Source of the DNA: Isurus oxyrinchus
Taxonomy: Eukaryota
Direction: 5' to 3'
DNA length: 64,000 bases
Assembly: GCA_026770705.1 (NCBI GenBank)
Contig: JANJGN010000071.1
Span: 1,302,001-1,366,000, forward strand
A model generated the notes under the pieces. The model was not told where the DNA came from. It saw only the letters and a program-made list of their open reading frames with translations, and searched no databases. The position numbers were made by a program, and so were the translations under genes. Positions 35,817 to 49,335 of the stretch are shown piece by piece (positions within the stretch are counted from its first letter, which is position 1; every line of letters starts with the position of its first letter).

Positions 35817-38800
35817 NNNNNNNNNNNNNNNNNNNNNNNNNNNNNNNNNNNNNNNNNNNNNNNNNNNNNNNNNNNNNNNNNNNNNNNNNNNNNNNNNNNN
35901 NNNNNNNNNNNNNNNNNNNNNNNNNNNNNNNNNNNNNNNNNNNNNNNNNNNNNNNNNNNNNNNNNNNNNNNNNNNNNNNNNNNNNNNNNNNNNNNNNNNN
36001 NNNNNNNCACTCTTTTGCACAAACACTCTTTCACGCACACACATGCACACACACACGCACACAAACGCACAAACTCACTCACACACAAACCCTCACACAC
36101 ACACAGACACAAACATTAGCACACACACACACACACTCACACATGCACACATACTCTCAAACACACACTGTTTTGCACAAACACTTTCTCTTTCACACAC
36201 ACACATACACACACACTCTCTCTCTCACACACATGTTCTCTCTCACTCCCTGTCTCAAACACACAATCTCCCCCTCCCTCAAACACTCACACCATCTCTT
36301 TCTCGCACACTCCCTCTCTCAAACACACACACCCTCTTTCTCAAACACACACACACACATGATCTCACACACACACTCTCACATACACAAACACTCTCTC
36401 ACAGACACACACTCTGTTTTGCACACACACTATCTCACACGCACATTCTCTCTATCTTTCTCTCTCACACATAAATTCTCTCTCACTCTCACAGACGTTC
36501 TCTTTCTCTCACACACACTCTCTCTCTCTCACACACAAGCTACCTCCCTCTCTCATGCACACACACTCTACCTCTCTTTTGCTCTCTCACACATACACAC
36601 TCTCAGTCTCTCACACATACATTGTCTCTCTCTCTCACATAAACGCACTCTCTCTCTCTGAGATGGAAGGTTGGGATTTTGAGACCGTCTCAAGGTTTCA
36701 GCTTAAAATGCGGACGGACTCTTCCCAGTGAGGGAGTGCTGCACTGTTGGAGGGTCAGTACTGAGGGAGTGCTGCACTGTCAGAGGGTCAGTACTGAGAG
36801 AGTGCTGCACTGTTGGAGGGTTAGCACTGAGGGAGTGCTGCACTTCCAGAGGGTCGGTACTGAGGGAGAGCTGCACTCCCAGAGGGTCAGTGCTGAGGGA
36901 GTGCTGCACTCCCAGAGGGTCAATACTGAAGGAGTGCTGCACTCTCAAAGGGTCAATGCTGAGGGAGTGCTGCACTGTCAGAGGGTGGGCACTGAGGGAA
37001 TGCTGCTCTGTCAGACCTGCCATATTTCAGATGACATTTGAAATTAGCAACATGCCTCATGTATAATTATATATCATCAGCTCAAAATAAATAGATTATT
37101 CCTGTACGTTTCACTTTACTGTAAATTGTTTGCAGTTTCATTTCCTTAGAAACCAGGCTTGTGTGATCACTATTTTTAAATAACGTTAATAATAAAGATG
37201 CAACAATCCACACGCACACATGTACACACACACACACATTCACTCACAAGGGTACATAGACAGACACACACTCACNNNNNNNNNNNNNNNNNNNNNNNNN
37301 NNNNNNNNNNNNNNNNNNNNNNNNNNNNNNNNNNNNNNNNNNNNNNNNNNNNNNNNNNNNNNNNNNNNNNNNNNNNNNNNNNNNNNNNNNNNNNNNNNNN
37401 NNNNNNNNNNNNNNNGTTAGAGTCCAATAAAAATTTAAAAGAATATATGATTAATACAATTGCTTGTCTTTGAGGTGCAGATTGTTGACGTTTGCAGCTG
37501 TTCAAGGTTAATTGGTTTCCTGTGGCATCCTGGTGGTGATTTGATTCAGATTTGCACTTTGTTGAAGATGCGCTGTTAGCTTCAGAAAGAGAGAGAGAGA
37601 GAGAGAGAATTTCTGCTCTTTTCCAGCAGTGTTTTTGAGTGACTGCCATCTTTCTTTTTCCTCCTACTTTCTCTTATATCTGCTTGACAGAACCTGTTGT
37701 TAAACTCCTGTCTGTATATTCCCAAAGGGAATTCGATCAGCATGTCTTGCATTCATTGTCGCAGACCAAGTAATCCCTTTTTTGATCTTTGCATCTCTGA
37801 AACATTTGATGCATTTCAAGATATAAATCAACAGGAGATGGAGTCATTTCATCCTCCACAAGGGGTTTTGAATGACTGATGAATATCTGCATGGTGAGCA
37901 GTTCCCATTAGCTTGATAGACCTACAGTGATCAGAGTCCAGCGCTTTGCATTTTTAATGGAGCCCCTGTTTCAAGTGGACCCTGACACACCTCAGTGAGA
38001 ACTTTCATGCAACATGTCTGTAGTGCAATTCATTTGAAGCTTTCCAGAGAAGTGATCAAGTTTGCAGTATCAGCAATCAGGTGACTCGTGACAGCCATTT
38101 TTGATCAATGCCTAATCTTGTACTTTTGAAAAACAGGTCTCCTTTAAACAGTTCAATACGTTTTTGGCTCGTTGGTTAAGTTGAAGGAAGCTCTGTTATG
38201 ACATAACAGATGGTAAATGCTGAGCTGTTCAAATCCTGGAGGGAAACTTGAAACAACTGTCACAACTAATTTCCAACTTGTATGTTTTGAGATGTGGGCT
38301 TTGAATTCAGTAGTAATGAGATTAAGATGTTTAAGAGGTAATTATGGTTGGTTGACAAAAAGGGTTTAAAATATATTTTCCCCCAAATGCAATTTCCAAA
38401 GCAAGTCTCTTTGATTGTTAAGAATGAACCAATTAAACCACGTATGGTGGAGTCAAAGAAAGAGTAAGTTTATTAGTTACCTAACTGGAGGAAAAATAAT
38501 NNNNNNNNNNNNNNNNNNNNNNNNNNNNNNNNNNNNNNNNNNNNNNNNNNNNNNNNNNNNNNNNNNNNNNNNNNNNNNNNNNNNNNNNNNNNNNNNNNNN
38601 NNNNNNNNNNNNNNNNNNNNNNNNNNNNNNNNNNNNNNNNNNNNNNNGACAGACAAATGCGCANNNNNNNNNNNNNNNNNNNNNNNNNNNNNNNNNNNNN
38701 NNNNNNNNNNNNNNNNNNNNNNNNNNNNNNNNNNNNNNNNNNNNNNNNNNNNNNNNNNNNNNNNNNNNNNNNNNNNNNNNNNNNNNNNNNNNNNNNNNNN

Positions 38801-39974
38801 NNNNNNNNNNNNNNNNNNNNNATAATTATAGAGTCCAAGAAAAAATTAAAAGAGTCGTTTGCTTGTACTACAGCGTAGGCTGTGAAGTTTGAAGCTGTTT
38901 TAAATTAGTTGGTTTTCTGTAGATTCCTGTATTTTATCTGGCTCAGACTTGCACATTGTTGAAGACATTCTGTTAGCTTCAGACAGAGAGAGAAAGAGGG
39001 AGAAATCATTTCTGCTCTTTTCCAGCAGTGTTTGTGGAAGACTGCCATATTTCTTTTTCCCCTCCTTTCTCTTATATCTGCTTGGCAGAACCATTTGTTA
39101 AACTCCTGTCTGTATATCCCTGAAGTCAATTCGATCAGCATGTTTTGCATTCATTGTTATAGACCAAGTATTCCCATTTTTTTATCTTTGCATCTCTGAA
39201 ACCTTTGATGCATTTCAAGATATAAATCAACAGGAGACGGGGGTATTGTATCCTCCACAGGGGGTTTTGAATGGTTGATGATTATCCGCTTGGTGAGCAG
39301 TTCCCAATGTTTTGATAGAACTACAGCTGATCAAAGTCCAGCACTTTACATTTTAATGCCTTCCTTTTAAGAGTGTCTCTATTTGAAGTGGACCCTGACA
39401 CACCCCAGGCGTGAACTTCCATGCAACAGGTCTGCAGTGCAATTCATTTGAACCTTTCCAGAGAAGTGATCAACTTCACAGTATCAGCAATCAGGTGACT
39501 TGTGTCAGCCATTTTTGATCTGTGTACAATCTTGTATTTCTTTGAAAAACAGGTCGCTTTTAGACAGTTCAATATGTCTTTGGTCTCTTAGTTAAGTTGT
39601 AGGAAGCTCTTAATCGCAGTTTGTTGTCATTGGGATATTGCCTTTGTGTGTGTGTTTGTGTGTGTGAGTGAGTGTGTGAGTGAATGTGTGTGTGTGAGTG
39701 AATGTGTGTGTGTGTGTGAATGTGTGTGTTTGTGTCTGTCTGNNNNNNNNNNNNNNNNNNNNNNNNNNNNNNNNNNNNNNNNNNNNNNNNNNNNNNNNNN
39801 NNNNNNNNNNNNNNNNNNNNNNNNNNNNNNNNNNNNNNNNNNNNNNNNNNNNNNNNNNNNNNNNNNNNNNNNNNNNNNNNNNNNNNNNNNNNNNNNNNNN
39901 NNNNNNNNNNNNNNNNNNNNNNNNNNNNNNNNNNNNNNNNNNNNNNNNNNNNNNNNNNNNNNNNNNNNNNNNNN
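35817..39974. other. Assembly-gap region (N runs 35817-36007, 37276-37415, 38501-38647, 38664-38821, 39743-39974)
   Basis: N characters in the sequence. Confidence 1.
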
Positions 39975-40679
39975 ACAGAGTGAAACCTCCTTGAGTCTGG
40001 CCACTGTGTTTAACATTTAAGCCACACAGACAGGATGTGGTTAAAAGGTGAAACCACAAGGAGTGAGTGTGTATCCCAGTGACTGTCTCTCTGTGGGTTT
40101 CCTGTGGGTTTCTGTGAACTGCCTGTGGTTTTAAAAAGAATCTTCCAACCCCACATGCACGGCATCAAATAAGGATTTGGAAGCTGCTGCTCAGAGAGTA
40201 ACTAGTCCCCCGAGAATTCACAGCCCCTCAAACACAGATTAACAGCATTAATCCTGACCGTCAGCCCACTCACTCATTGCCTCTTGTCTCAGACACTAGA
40301 AAGTGGAAGTTAAGGCCGGATTTTCACTCCCGGGTCGGGGGTCACAGAGACGGCAGGAAAAAATAACAAAATATGTCTCGAGCACACAGAGCTCCAAGGG
40401 AAGGGTCGTGCTGCAGCTAAGGTGTGAGACATGGCACATTCCCCGGATGCAGCATTGAGGCTTGTATGTCTACACAGCTGATGTAGGTGCACATGGAACA
40501 CATGTGAATGAGCACTGTGATGCACACACACCCTGGAGAGTAATATCCCTCCATGCACTACATATCAGGCTAACATCAACTCATGTTGTCATTGCTGACC
40601 AACAGGGTTGAAGCAGGTCACAGAGACGGCTGCGTCTGGGGTTGGGCCAGCCTCCCTGAGACTCACCGTCCTAACATTT

Positions 40680-41190
40680 GATTGGATCACGTCTGATCTG
40701 TATCTTAACCCCATCCACCCGCCTCGGTTCCGTGACCCTTAACCCCCCGACCCAACAAACATCTCCCAATCTCAGTTTTGAAATTTACAATTGACCCCTC
40801 CCAGTCTCGACAGCTTTTTCTGGGGGAGTGAGTTCCAGATTTCCACCCCCGCTTTGTGTGAAGAAGTGCTTCCTGACATCACCCCCTGAACGGCCTGGCT
40901 CCAATTTTAATGTTCTGCCCCCTTGTTCTGAACCCTCCTCACCTCAACCCCATCAGAGGAAATAGTTTCTCTCTATTGCCCATAACAAAGCCTTTAATCA
41001 TCTTAAACCCCTCGATTAGATCACCCCTTAAACTTCGAGACTCGAGGGAACACAAGCCTGGTCTGTGCAACCTGTCCTCGGGATTTAACCCTTTCAGCCC
41101 CGGGATCATTCTGGTGACACTGCACAGCACCCCCTCCAAGGACAATATATCCTTCCTAAGCTGCTGGACCCAGAACTGAACTCAGTGACA
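40680..41190 (-). mobile_element. CR1 LINE 3' fragment
   Basis: TRMIPGLKGLNPEDRLHRPGLCSLESRSLRGDLIEGFKMIKG. Confidence 0.85.
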
Positions 41191-41639
41191 CCAGATTGGT
41201 TGTGAGGGGACCTTAATAAAACTGTGCCAGACACTTCAAAAATCTCTTCAATTCAACCTTGTAAACGCAGTAGGAAAAATCCCAGGGGGCCATTGTATCT
41301 TAGCAACATCGTAAACTTGGCCAAAAGAATCTCCCTGGTCACCCCTGAGTGTTACTAATATTGTAAGCACAATGTATACAGCTCCTCCAGTCTCTGAGAA
41401 GCAAAACTAGGACACTAAAGCACCACCACTGGTAGGAGGCTGTAATTACAGTGTGACATGTTTACATGGGAATGTTCCATTACCAATGACACAGGAATTT
41501 AAATAATCAGAAGGACATGTGACAACAGGAAGTGGTGCCTTGGAGAATGGAATTATTCACTAGAGTACGTATTTAATTTGATAAAAATGTACAGAAATGT
41601 CAGGGCATTTTAATTGCTTCTTTTTTGTATTCATTCACT

Positions 41640-42696
41640 GACACTGGCGAGGCCAGAATTTATTGCCCATCCCTAATTGTCCTTGAGAATATGGGGGTGA
41701 GCTGCCCTCCTGAGCTGCTGCAGTCCCTGTGGTGTATGTACACCCACAGAACTGTTTGGGAGGGTGTTGCAGGATTCTGACCCAGCGACAGTGAAGGAAC
41801 GGTGATATATTTCCAAGTCAGGATGGTGAGTGACTTGGAGGGGAACTTCCAGGTGGTGGTGTTCCCATGTGTCTGCTGCCCTTGTCCTTCGAGATGTTAG
41901 TGATCATGTGTTTGGAAGGTGCTGTCTAAGGAGGCTTGGTGACTCCCTGCATTGCATCTTGTAGATGGTACACACACTGCTGCCACTGTGCGTCAGTTGT
42001 AGAGGGAGAGAATGTTTGTGGACGGGGCGCAAATCAAGCGGGGCTGCTTTGTCCTGGACGGTGTCGAGCTTCTTGAGTGTTGTTGGAGCTGCACTCATCT
42101 AGGAAAGTGGAGAGTATTCCATCACTTGTGACCTGTGCCTTGAGGTTGGTGGACAGGCTTTGGGGAGTCAGGAGGTGAGTTACTCACCACAGGATTCCCA
42201 GGCTCTGGCCTGCTCTTGTAGTCACAGTGTTTATATGGCTAGTACAGTTCAGTTTCTAGTCATTGGTAACCCCCAGAGTGTTGATAGTGTGGGATTCAGC
42301 AATGGTGATGCTATTGGACATTAAGGGGAGATGGATATATTCTCTCTGGTCGGAAATGGTCATTGCCTGGCACTTGTGTGGCATGAATGTTACTTGCCAC
42401 TTGTCAGGCCAAGCCTGGATATTGTCCAGGTCTTGCTGCATTTGGACATGGACTGCTTCAGCATCTGATGAGTCATGAATGATGTTGAACGTTGTGCAAT
42501 CATCAGCGACCTTCCATAATTCTGACCATCTGATAGAATGAATGTCATTGATGAAGCAGCTGAAGATGGTTGGGCCTAGGACACTACACTGAGCAACTCC
42601 TGCAGTGATGTCCTGGAACTGAGATGACTGACCTCCAACAACCACAACCACCTTCCTTTGTACTTGGTATGAATCCAACGAGTGGAGAGTTTTCCC
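41640..42696 (-). mobile_element. CR1-type LINE RT fragment, interrupted by an LTR
   Basis: GVAQCSVLGPTIFSCFIND...VADDCT...QQDLDNIQAW; the element resumes at ~43593. Confidence 0.85.
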
Positions 42697-43592
42697 TGTG
42701 ACATGACATGGCAGATGATGTGTGCTTGGTGCTCCAAATCCACAAGGGAAAATTGGTCATGCTATCACAATAGTTTTGCAATTTGTATTTATTACAAGAA
42801 GTGTGCACTGAATTCAGGAGTAATGAGTTGACCACAACCTTTAGAGATTTTAAAAATTCAATTAAGATATTTATTAACAAAATAAAAGATTTCAAGCACA
42901 GACATAATACCACGGTTAGTTACAGCTAAAATATATTCTCAAATTCCTAATTAACCTGACTCCCAGTTACAGAGCCTGTTTAAGGCAACAGTCCAAAATA
43001 AGATTTTAGATTAAAAACAAATCCAGCGAGTTAACACAGCACACACTTGACACTGGAATTCTAAATGGATTTCTCCAACTTTATTTACTGAACATAACAG
43101 ACTTATGCACAAATGCCTGGAGGCTTCTTCAAGCCTGTTTCACACACTCCTGTTAGATCTTACATGGCCCCCAACATAGCCTTTCATTCTCCTTTATACA
43201 TGTTTCTCTCTCTTTGATGTGTAAATTCTTTGGAACTGTACCTTTCCCATAATATAAACTTTCATGTTGCCAATATTGTCAATGAAGTTTGGGTAAAATT
43301 AAAAAAAAAACTCCTTAGCTTTGCTTATTGGGCTTGTCCTAAACAGACCAACATCCCTTTGAAATCTAAACAGCCCCTTCACACCTTACATGATAAGGCA
43401 GCCTCCATGTGTTCTCATTAGCATTTCAAGTACATTTCTACATCTAGCTTCTTTTGATAATCTCAAACTTGCAGTGTACCTGTCTCCAGATGTAATTAAA
43501 CTACACAGACAGACCCATCTACACTCACACCCAGAAACCTAGTTTACAACAAACCAGGAAAATATTAAGCAAATTATTATACTTTCGTACCA
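42697..43592. mobile_element. Probable solo LTR inserted in the CR1 fragment
   Basis: 896-bp block with TG...CA ends splitting the CR1 sequence gagttttccc|ccctgattcacattgactcc (uninterrupted at ~22990); C-run target duplication. Confidence 0.6.
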
Positions 43593-43883
43593 CCCCTGAT
43601 TCACATTGACTCCAGTTTTACTCGGGATCCTAGATGCCACACTCGGTCAAATGCAGACTTGATGTCAAAGGCAGTCACTGTCACCTCACCTTGTATTAAC
43701 AGATGTAAAATTATACATAATTCATAAGCTTCTCACAATCTTTTACAGCATGGAAAAAGGTGCAGCATTCAGAAAGCTCAGTTAAAACCAATAAAAAAAA
43801 GTTGAGCAACATCATATTTGTGTTCATTACTATTTGGCCATGTTGGCTGCACACACCCCACAGCCCCGCTCCCTGTTTCACAC

Positions 43884-44132
43884 TCAGTTTTTCTGGAACC
43901 TGATCTGTGCGTATTCCGTGTCCTCGCTCCTGTGCACAGTCCTGTCACCGCCGGGCAGCTTTGAAAAGTTGATGTTGGCGTAGAAAAGCTCGTCGGGTTT
44001 GTCGGGGTTTCCATGTCCAACATCGCCTCCCACTGGACCTTCAGAGAGACCCCGGGGAGCTGGGGTCTCCCCCTCACTAGTTGTGTCTCTGGTTGTGTTC
44101 TGGGGCTCAGTAATCAGCACGTTCTGTTTGCC
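43884..44132 (-). CDS. Terminal cytoplasmic exon with ITIM and ITSM-like motifs (inhibitory Siglec, gene C)
   Basis: ctctgtAG acceptor, phase 0; GKQNVLITEPQ...PDELFYANINFSKLPGGDRTVHRSEDTEYAQIRFQKN*. LFYANI is an ITIM and TEYAQI is TxYxxI, as in CD33-related Siglec tails. Confidence 0.9.
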   Translation of the reverse strand, partial: GKQNVLITEPQNTTRDTTSEGETPAPRGLSEGPVGGDVGHGNPDKPDELFYANINFSKLPGGDRTVHRSEDTEYAQIRFQKN

Positions 44133-45180
44133 CTACAGAGAAATAGAAACAGAAGACATCCTCACATCATTTACTGGCACTGATAGGGTTAAGTTATTCT
44201 GCAGCCTCGTTACTGTCAGTCATGTCTCAATGGGTTTAACCCTCTTTTTCACTCTCTTTCTCTGTCTCCTTTTTTTCAATCTCTTTCTCTGTCTCCCTTT
44301 CTCTCTCTCTCTCTTGCTTTCTCTCTCTATTTATCATGTAATCTCTCTCGCTATCGCAGACCTGAGTCTTGAAGTCCTATGTTACCATCCCAATCATGAG
44401 ATTTGTGCCCCATTATTCACAAACACAGACACACAAAGAACCTCACGCCAATGAAGGAATTTTATTGAAGGGCGACACTGCTACAGTGTTGGAAATGTGG
44501 CCATGGGACCAGATAAGATGGTAAACATGGTCAGCATTATACAACTATTCTGAAAGAGGCATCTCGAACACTGCAATGTTCTCTCAGTGCTCTCTGCTGA
44601 CAGTGCAGCTCTCCCTCGGAACTGCCCCTTCAAGAGGGCAGCACCCCTTGAAAATGGACTCTTTGACAGTGCAGCACTCACTCAGTACTGTCCTCAGTAC
44701 TGACCATCCGACAGTGCAGCACTCCCTCAGTACTGGCCCTCCGACAGTGCAGCACTCCCTCAGTACTGACCATCCGACAGTCCAGCACTCCCTCAGTACT
44801 GACCCTATGACAGCGCAGCACTCCCTCAGTACTGACCCTCTGACAGTCTAGCTCTCCCTCAGTACAGACCCTCTGACAGTGCAACACTCCCTCAGTACTG
44901 ACCTTCTGACACTCCAGCACTCCCTCAGCACAGGCCCTAGGACAGTGCAGCACTCCCTCACTACTGACATCAGGTGCCTTGTCATTATTGCGTTCAGGTT
45001 TCTGGTCAAAGAGCGAGTGATGGAGGGAAGAGGGGGAGGGAGCGAGAGACAATGCTACCTACTGAGCCATATCTGACTCCACAGGTAGATATCTGTGGGT
45101 AACCTGGCTGGGAATCTGGGACATGTGTTGTCTACACACTGAGATTGAAGCTTTGGAGTGAGTGTAAACAGCTCCTGTAC

Positions 45181-45262
45181 CTGGTGCTTCACAGAGAGTG
45201 GACTGGGGGTCAATACAATGTCACTGGTCCCTGAAACTCTCTCCTCCATCGCTGTCTTTCTC
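45181..45262 (-). CDS. Juxtamembrane cytoplasmic exon (gene C)
   Basis: 82 nt, phase 2-0; RKTAMEERVSGTSDIVLTPSPLSVKHQ; links the TM and ITIM exons exactly in frame. Confidence 0.82.
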
Positions 45263-45799
45263 CTGCAATAACACAATATCACACTGTGGTTATCATATAG
45301 CAGAGAGTCAGTGCAGCACAGACACAGAGCCCAGTGTAACCTTACACCAACGAATGGACTGTCTCTAGTTCCAATAAGGGATATCAGCGTGACATCACTA
45401 TAATGGAAGTGTGTCATGTGATCCAATCTTAGTTTGACTTTTGCTTTGAGCAGAACACACACTCACAGCTCTGATGCCTTCAATCTTTCTCCATATGTAT
45501 AACTGTTCTCGTGCCGAGTCTTGATAAACAAATCATTAACATTCTCACCCAATCCCTGTGAGCGATTGGTGCTTTGTTTCTTGTACAATAAATAAGCCTA
45601 AGGTATAATATCATTATAATGACACGCCATATCTTTGACCCCCCCTCCACCCCTGCTCTTCCCCCCATAGCCCTTCAAATGTTCCCCCTTCAAGTATTTA
45701 TCCAATTCCCCTTTTGAAAGATCCTATTAAATCTGCTTCCAGCGCCCTTTCAGGCAGCACCTTCCAGATCACAGCAACTGATTATTATTCATCTGGATA

Positions 45800-46290
45800 A
45801 CGGGCAATGAAAAACACTGTCTGGATCGTAAGGGACAAAAGAGACCAGTTACGGAGAGGCATCTAGTGCTTAACACAAGGGAAACAATCACCGACTTCAG
45901 GAAAGAACATTGAAGCAAATATTTATCCAGGAGTAATCGTGCAGAGTGAGGAATCTCTGGGTCTCGTGATTGTTTACTGGATACAGGACAATGAAAGGTT
46001 CTCTCCGGATCATAGTGGACACAGGGACCAGTTACGGAGAGGGACCTGGTGCTGATCCCAAGGGAAACAATCACCGACTTAAGGAAAGAACATTGAAGCA
46101 AATATTTATCCCGGAGTAATCGTGCAGAGTGAGGAATCTCTGGGTGTCGTGATGGTTTACCTGGATACAGGACATTGAAAGGTTCTCTCCGGATCAGAGT
46201 GGACACAGGGATCACTTACAGAGAGGGACCTGGTGCTGATCCCAAGGGAAACAATCACCGACTTAAGGAAAGAACATTGAAGCAAATGTT
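45800..46290. repeat. ~183-bp tandem repeat, about 2.5 copies
   Basis: gaaacaatcaccgactt recurs at 45881, 46064 and 46248. Confidence 0.9.
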
Positions 46291-46323
46291 TATATTAAAA
46301 TCAAGTTAAATCTTCAGACTTAC

Positions 46324-46420
46324 TTTCTCACACAGATGAAGATGAAGATTCCAGCCAGGAAAACACTCAACATGATCCCAGCCGTGAACAATCCTACTGT
46401 CCATTTACTGGAGTCTCTAC
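46324..46420 (-). CDS. Uncharged transmembrane exon (gene C)
   Basis: tttttacAG acceptor and GTAAGT donor; 97 nt, phase 1-2; RDSSKWTVGLFTAGIMLSVFLAGIFIFICVRK. Confidence 0.88.
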
Positions 46421-47235
46421 CTGTAAAAACAGCCATTAATTACTGCACTACAGGTTTACAATGATGCTCCGATGTATCTCGAGAAGCGATACACTCACTC
46501 AGTGTTTAAATACTCATTCTCGGGCAATGCTGACATTTATTTTCCATCCCTAGTTTCCCCTTGAGAAGGTGGTGGGGGGTCTTCCTCCTGAACCACTGGT
46601 TTGTCCCAAACTGGGAGACCAGTTCAGAGGGCAGGTAAGAGTTAACCATGTTGGTGTCTGAGACTGGAGTCACATCCACATCGAGACATGCTTCCCTCCC
46701 TTAAAGGGTATGTAGTCTCTACACATGTAACAACCAACCTCACTGAAATAATCGACTATCAGGTCATTATCACACGGTGGTTTGCGGGATCTTGCTGTGC
46801 ACAAATCAGTACCTGTGTTTCCTACATTACAACAGTGAGCTCACTTCGATAATGCTTCACTGGCTGTTGAATGTTTAGTAATTTCTAAGCAATTTATGAA
46901 TACAAGTGTTGCATTTCAAAGTAATCCATGTAACATTTATATATATTTATCAATTAAAGAATGAGAAGTTCAGCAATTAAAAGGGTTGTTCAGGACAGTT
47001 AGAGAGAGAAAGGTCGTCAAGTACGGAGATTGGAAACGAAGACCTGACAGCCTTGTCCTGACAACCATTGAAGGAGAAACTGAGAGCAAAAACAGAAAGG
47101 GAGAGGAAAAATTGGATGTGTGGATAACGTGGACTGAGCGAGGATTGAAGAAAACTGGATTAAAAACAACACGATCCCAATGGCTCCACGGAGACCACGG
47201 AGACAACAAACAAACAAATGTATCTCCACACTCAC

Positions 47236-47517
47236 GTTCCACAGTGATGGTTATGAACCCCTCCACTGCTCCATGTTCATTCTCTGCCACACACTGATAG
47301 TCTCCAGTGTCCCTGGATGTAACGTGAGGAATCACCAACCACAGCTCATTGTTGGAACTTGTTCTGTTCATTGGGACATTAAGATGTCGCCACGTCAGGT
47401 TAGAAGCTGGGAAGCTCTCGACAGAGCAGATTATCACTGCAGAATTCCCCTCAATTATATTGATCGATGAAGCGTTAATCATACCAAGTGAAGTAAATGA
47501 GAGATCCTGTGGTGCAT
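47236..47517 (-). CDS. C2-set Ig exon 3 (gene C), open
   Basis: 282 nt, phase 1-1; DAPQDLSFTSLGMINASS...ICSVESFPASNLTWRH...GDYQCVAENEHG...TVE. Confidence 0.9.
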
Positions 47518-48208
47518 CTAAAAACAAATCAAGTGTTTAATGTGAGCAAACCTATTGCACAGCAAGACTCCATGCATCATATCTCTGTATCTGATGTCTG
47601 AATGCATTTCCAGGTAACTTCCCTCAGGATAACGTCTTATGCCACATTTTTAATGGACACTGCCTATGTAAACTGTCACACTGCAGTTGCATTCTCCCAC
47701 CAGTAGAGGTGTTGTCCATCTAGAATGAAAGAAGCTTGCTTTCACATCCTCAGGATTTCGCAAAGGGCTGGACAGGCAATGAATTGTACTTGATTGATGG
47801 AGCACTGAGGGGTAAATCTACAATTCTCTGTTCAGGAGGTTGCTCATCCAATTCAGGGTCTTGTTGATCTGGAGTTTACCTTCCTTCAACACAGAATCGG
47901 AGCTGATACCAAGACTCCAGTGCGGCACTGAGAGAGGAGAGGGAACTCACGTGTGTATATCTGTGTGTTTGTGTTTCTGCACATGTGAGTGTGTTTGTGT
48001 GTGTATGCACACATGTGTCTGTGTGTGTGCATGCGCGTGTGTCTGTGTGTCTAGGTCTGTCCATGAGTGAGAGTATGTGCATGTGTGTGTCTATGTGTGG
48101 GCATGAATGTGTGTGTGTGTTTGAGATGGGTGTGTATTTTCCTGTGTATGTGCTTGTATGTGTATGACTGTGTGTGGATAATTATGCATGTGTGTGCCTA
48201 CAGGTTTC

Positions 48209-48241
<33 letters not shown>

Positions 48242-48300
48242 CTGTGTGTGTGTGTGCGTGTGTGTGTGTGTGAGTGATGTTGGAGTTTGCAGTAACTCAC

Positions 48301-48581
48301 GTTCCACAGTGATGGTTATGAACCCCTCCACTGCTCCATGTTCATTCTCTGCCACACACTGATAGTCTCCAGTGTCCCTGGATGTAACGTGAGGAATCAT
48401 CAACCACAGCTCATTGTTGGAACTTGTTCTGTTCATTGGGACATTAAGATGTCGCCACATCAGGTTAGAAGCTGGGAAGCTCTCGACAGAGCAGATTATC
48501 ACTGCAGAATTCCCCTCAATTATATTGATCGATGAAGCGTTAATCATATCAAGAGAATTAACTAAGAGATTCTGGGTGCGT
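48301..48581 (-). pseudogene. C2-set Ig exon 2 (gene C) with a 1-bp deletion near the acceptor
   Basis: 281 nt rather than 282; the canonical acceptor gives xAC GCA CCC AGA ATC TCT TAG; the rest of the domain is open in the shifted frame. Confidence 0.8.
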
Positions 48582-49335
48582 CTAAAAGAAATAAAGATTT
48601 TAATGTGAGCAAGCATAGTGCACAGCAAGACTCCATGCATCATCTCTCTGTATCTGATGTTGGAATGCTTTTCCAGGTACCTTCCCTCATGAAAAATTAC
48701 TGTCATATTTATAATGGTCACTTCCTATGTAAACTGTCACACTGCAGTTGCTTCCTCCCACCAGTAGAGTTGCTAACCCTCTAGAATGAAAGAAACATCC
48801 TTTAACACTCTCAAGATGTCCCCAAGGGCTTGATAGGCAATGAATTGTATTTGATCGATGGAGCACTGAGGGCTAAATCTACATTTCTCTGTTCAGGAGG
48901 TTGCTCATCCAATTCAGGGTCTTGCTGATCTGGAGTTTACCTTCCTTCAGCACAGAATGGGAGCTGATACCATGACTCCAGTGCAGCACTGAGAGAGGAG
49001 AGGGAGCTCACACTTGTGTGTGTACTTCTGCACGTGAGTTTGTATTTGTGTGTATGCGCGTGTCTGTCAGCACATGTGTGGACGCGTGTGTGTGTGTGTG
49101 TGTGTGTGTGTCTGTGTGTGTATGTCTGTATGTCTGTGCTTGAGGGAGTGTGTGTGCATGTGTGTGTCTTTGTGTGCGCATGAATGTTTGTATGTGTGAG
49201 TTGAGTTTGTGTGTGTTTCTGTGTATGTGTTTGAACGTATGTTTGTGTGTAAGTGTGCATGTTTGTGTCTACACATGAGTGTTTTTGCATGTGTGAGTGT
49301 GTGTGTGAGAGATGTTGAAGTCTGTGTACACTCAC

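Noticed and set aside
36043-36661. His/Thr- or Cys/Val-rich ORFs here and at 48-51 kb
   Set aside because: Translations of CA/CT microsatellites.
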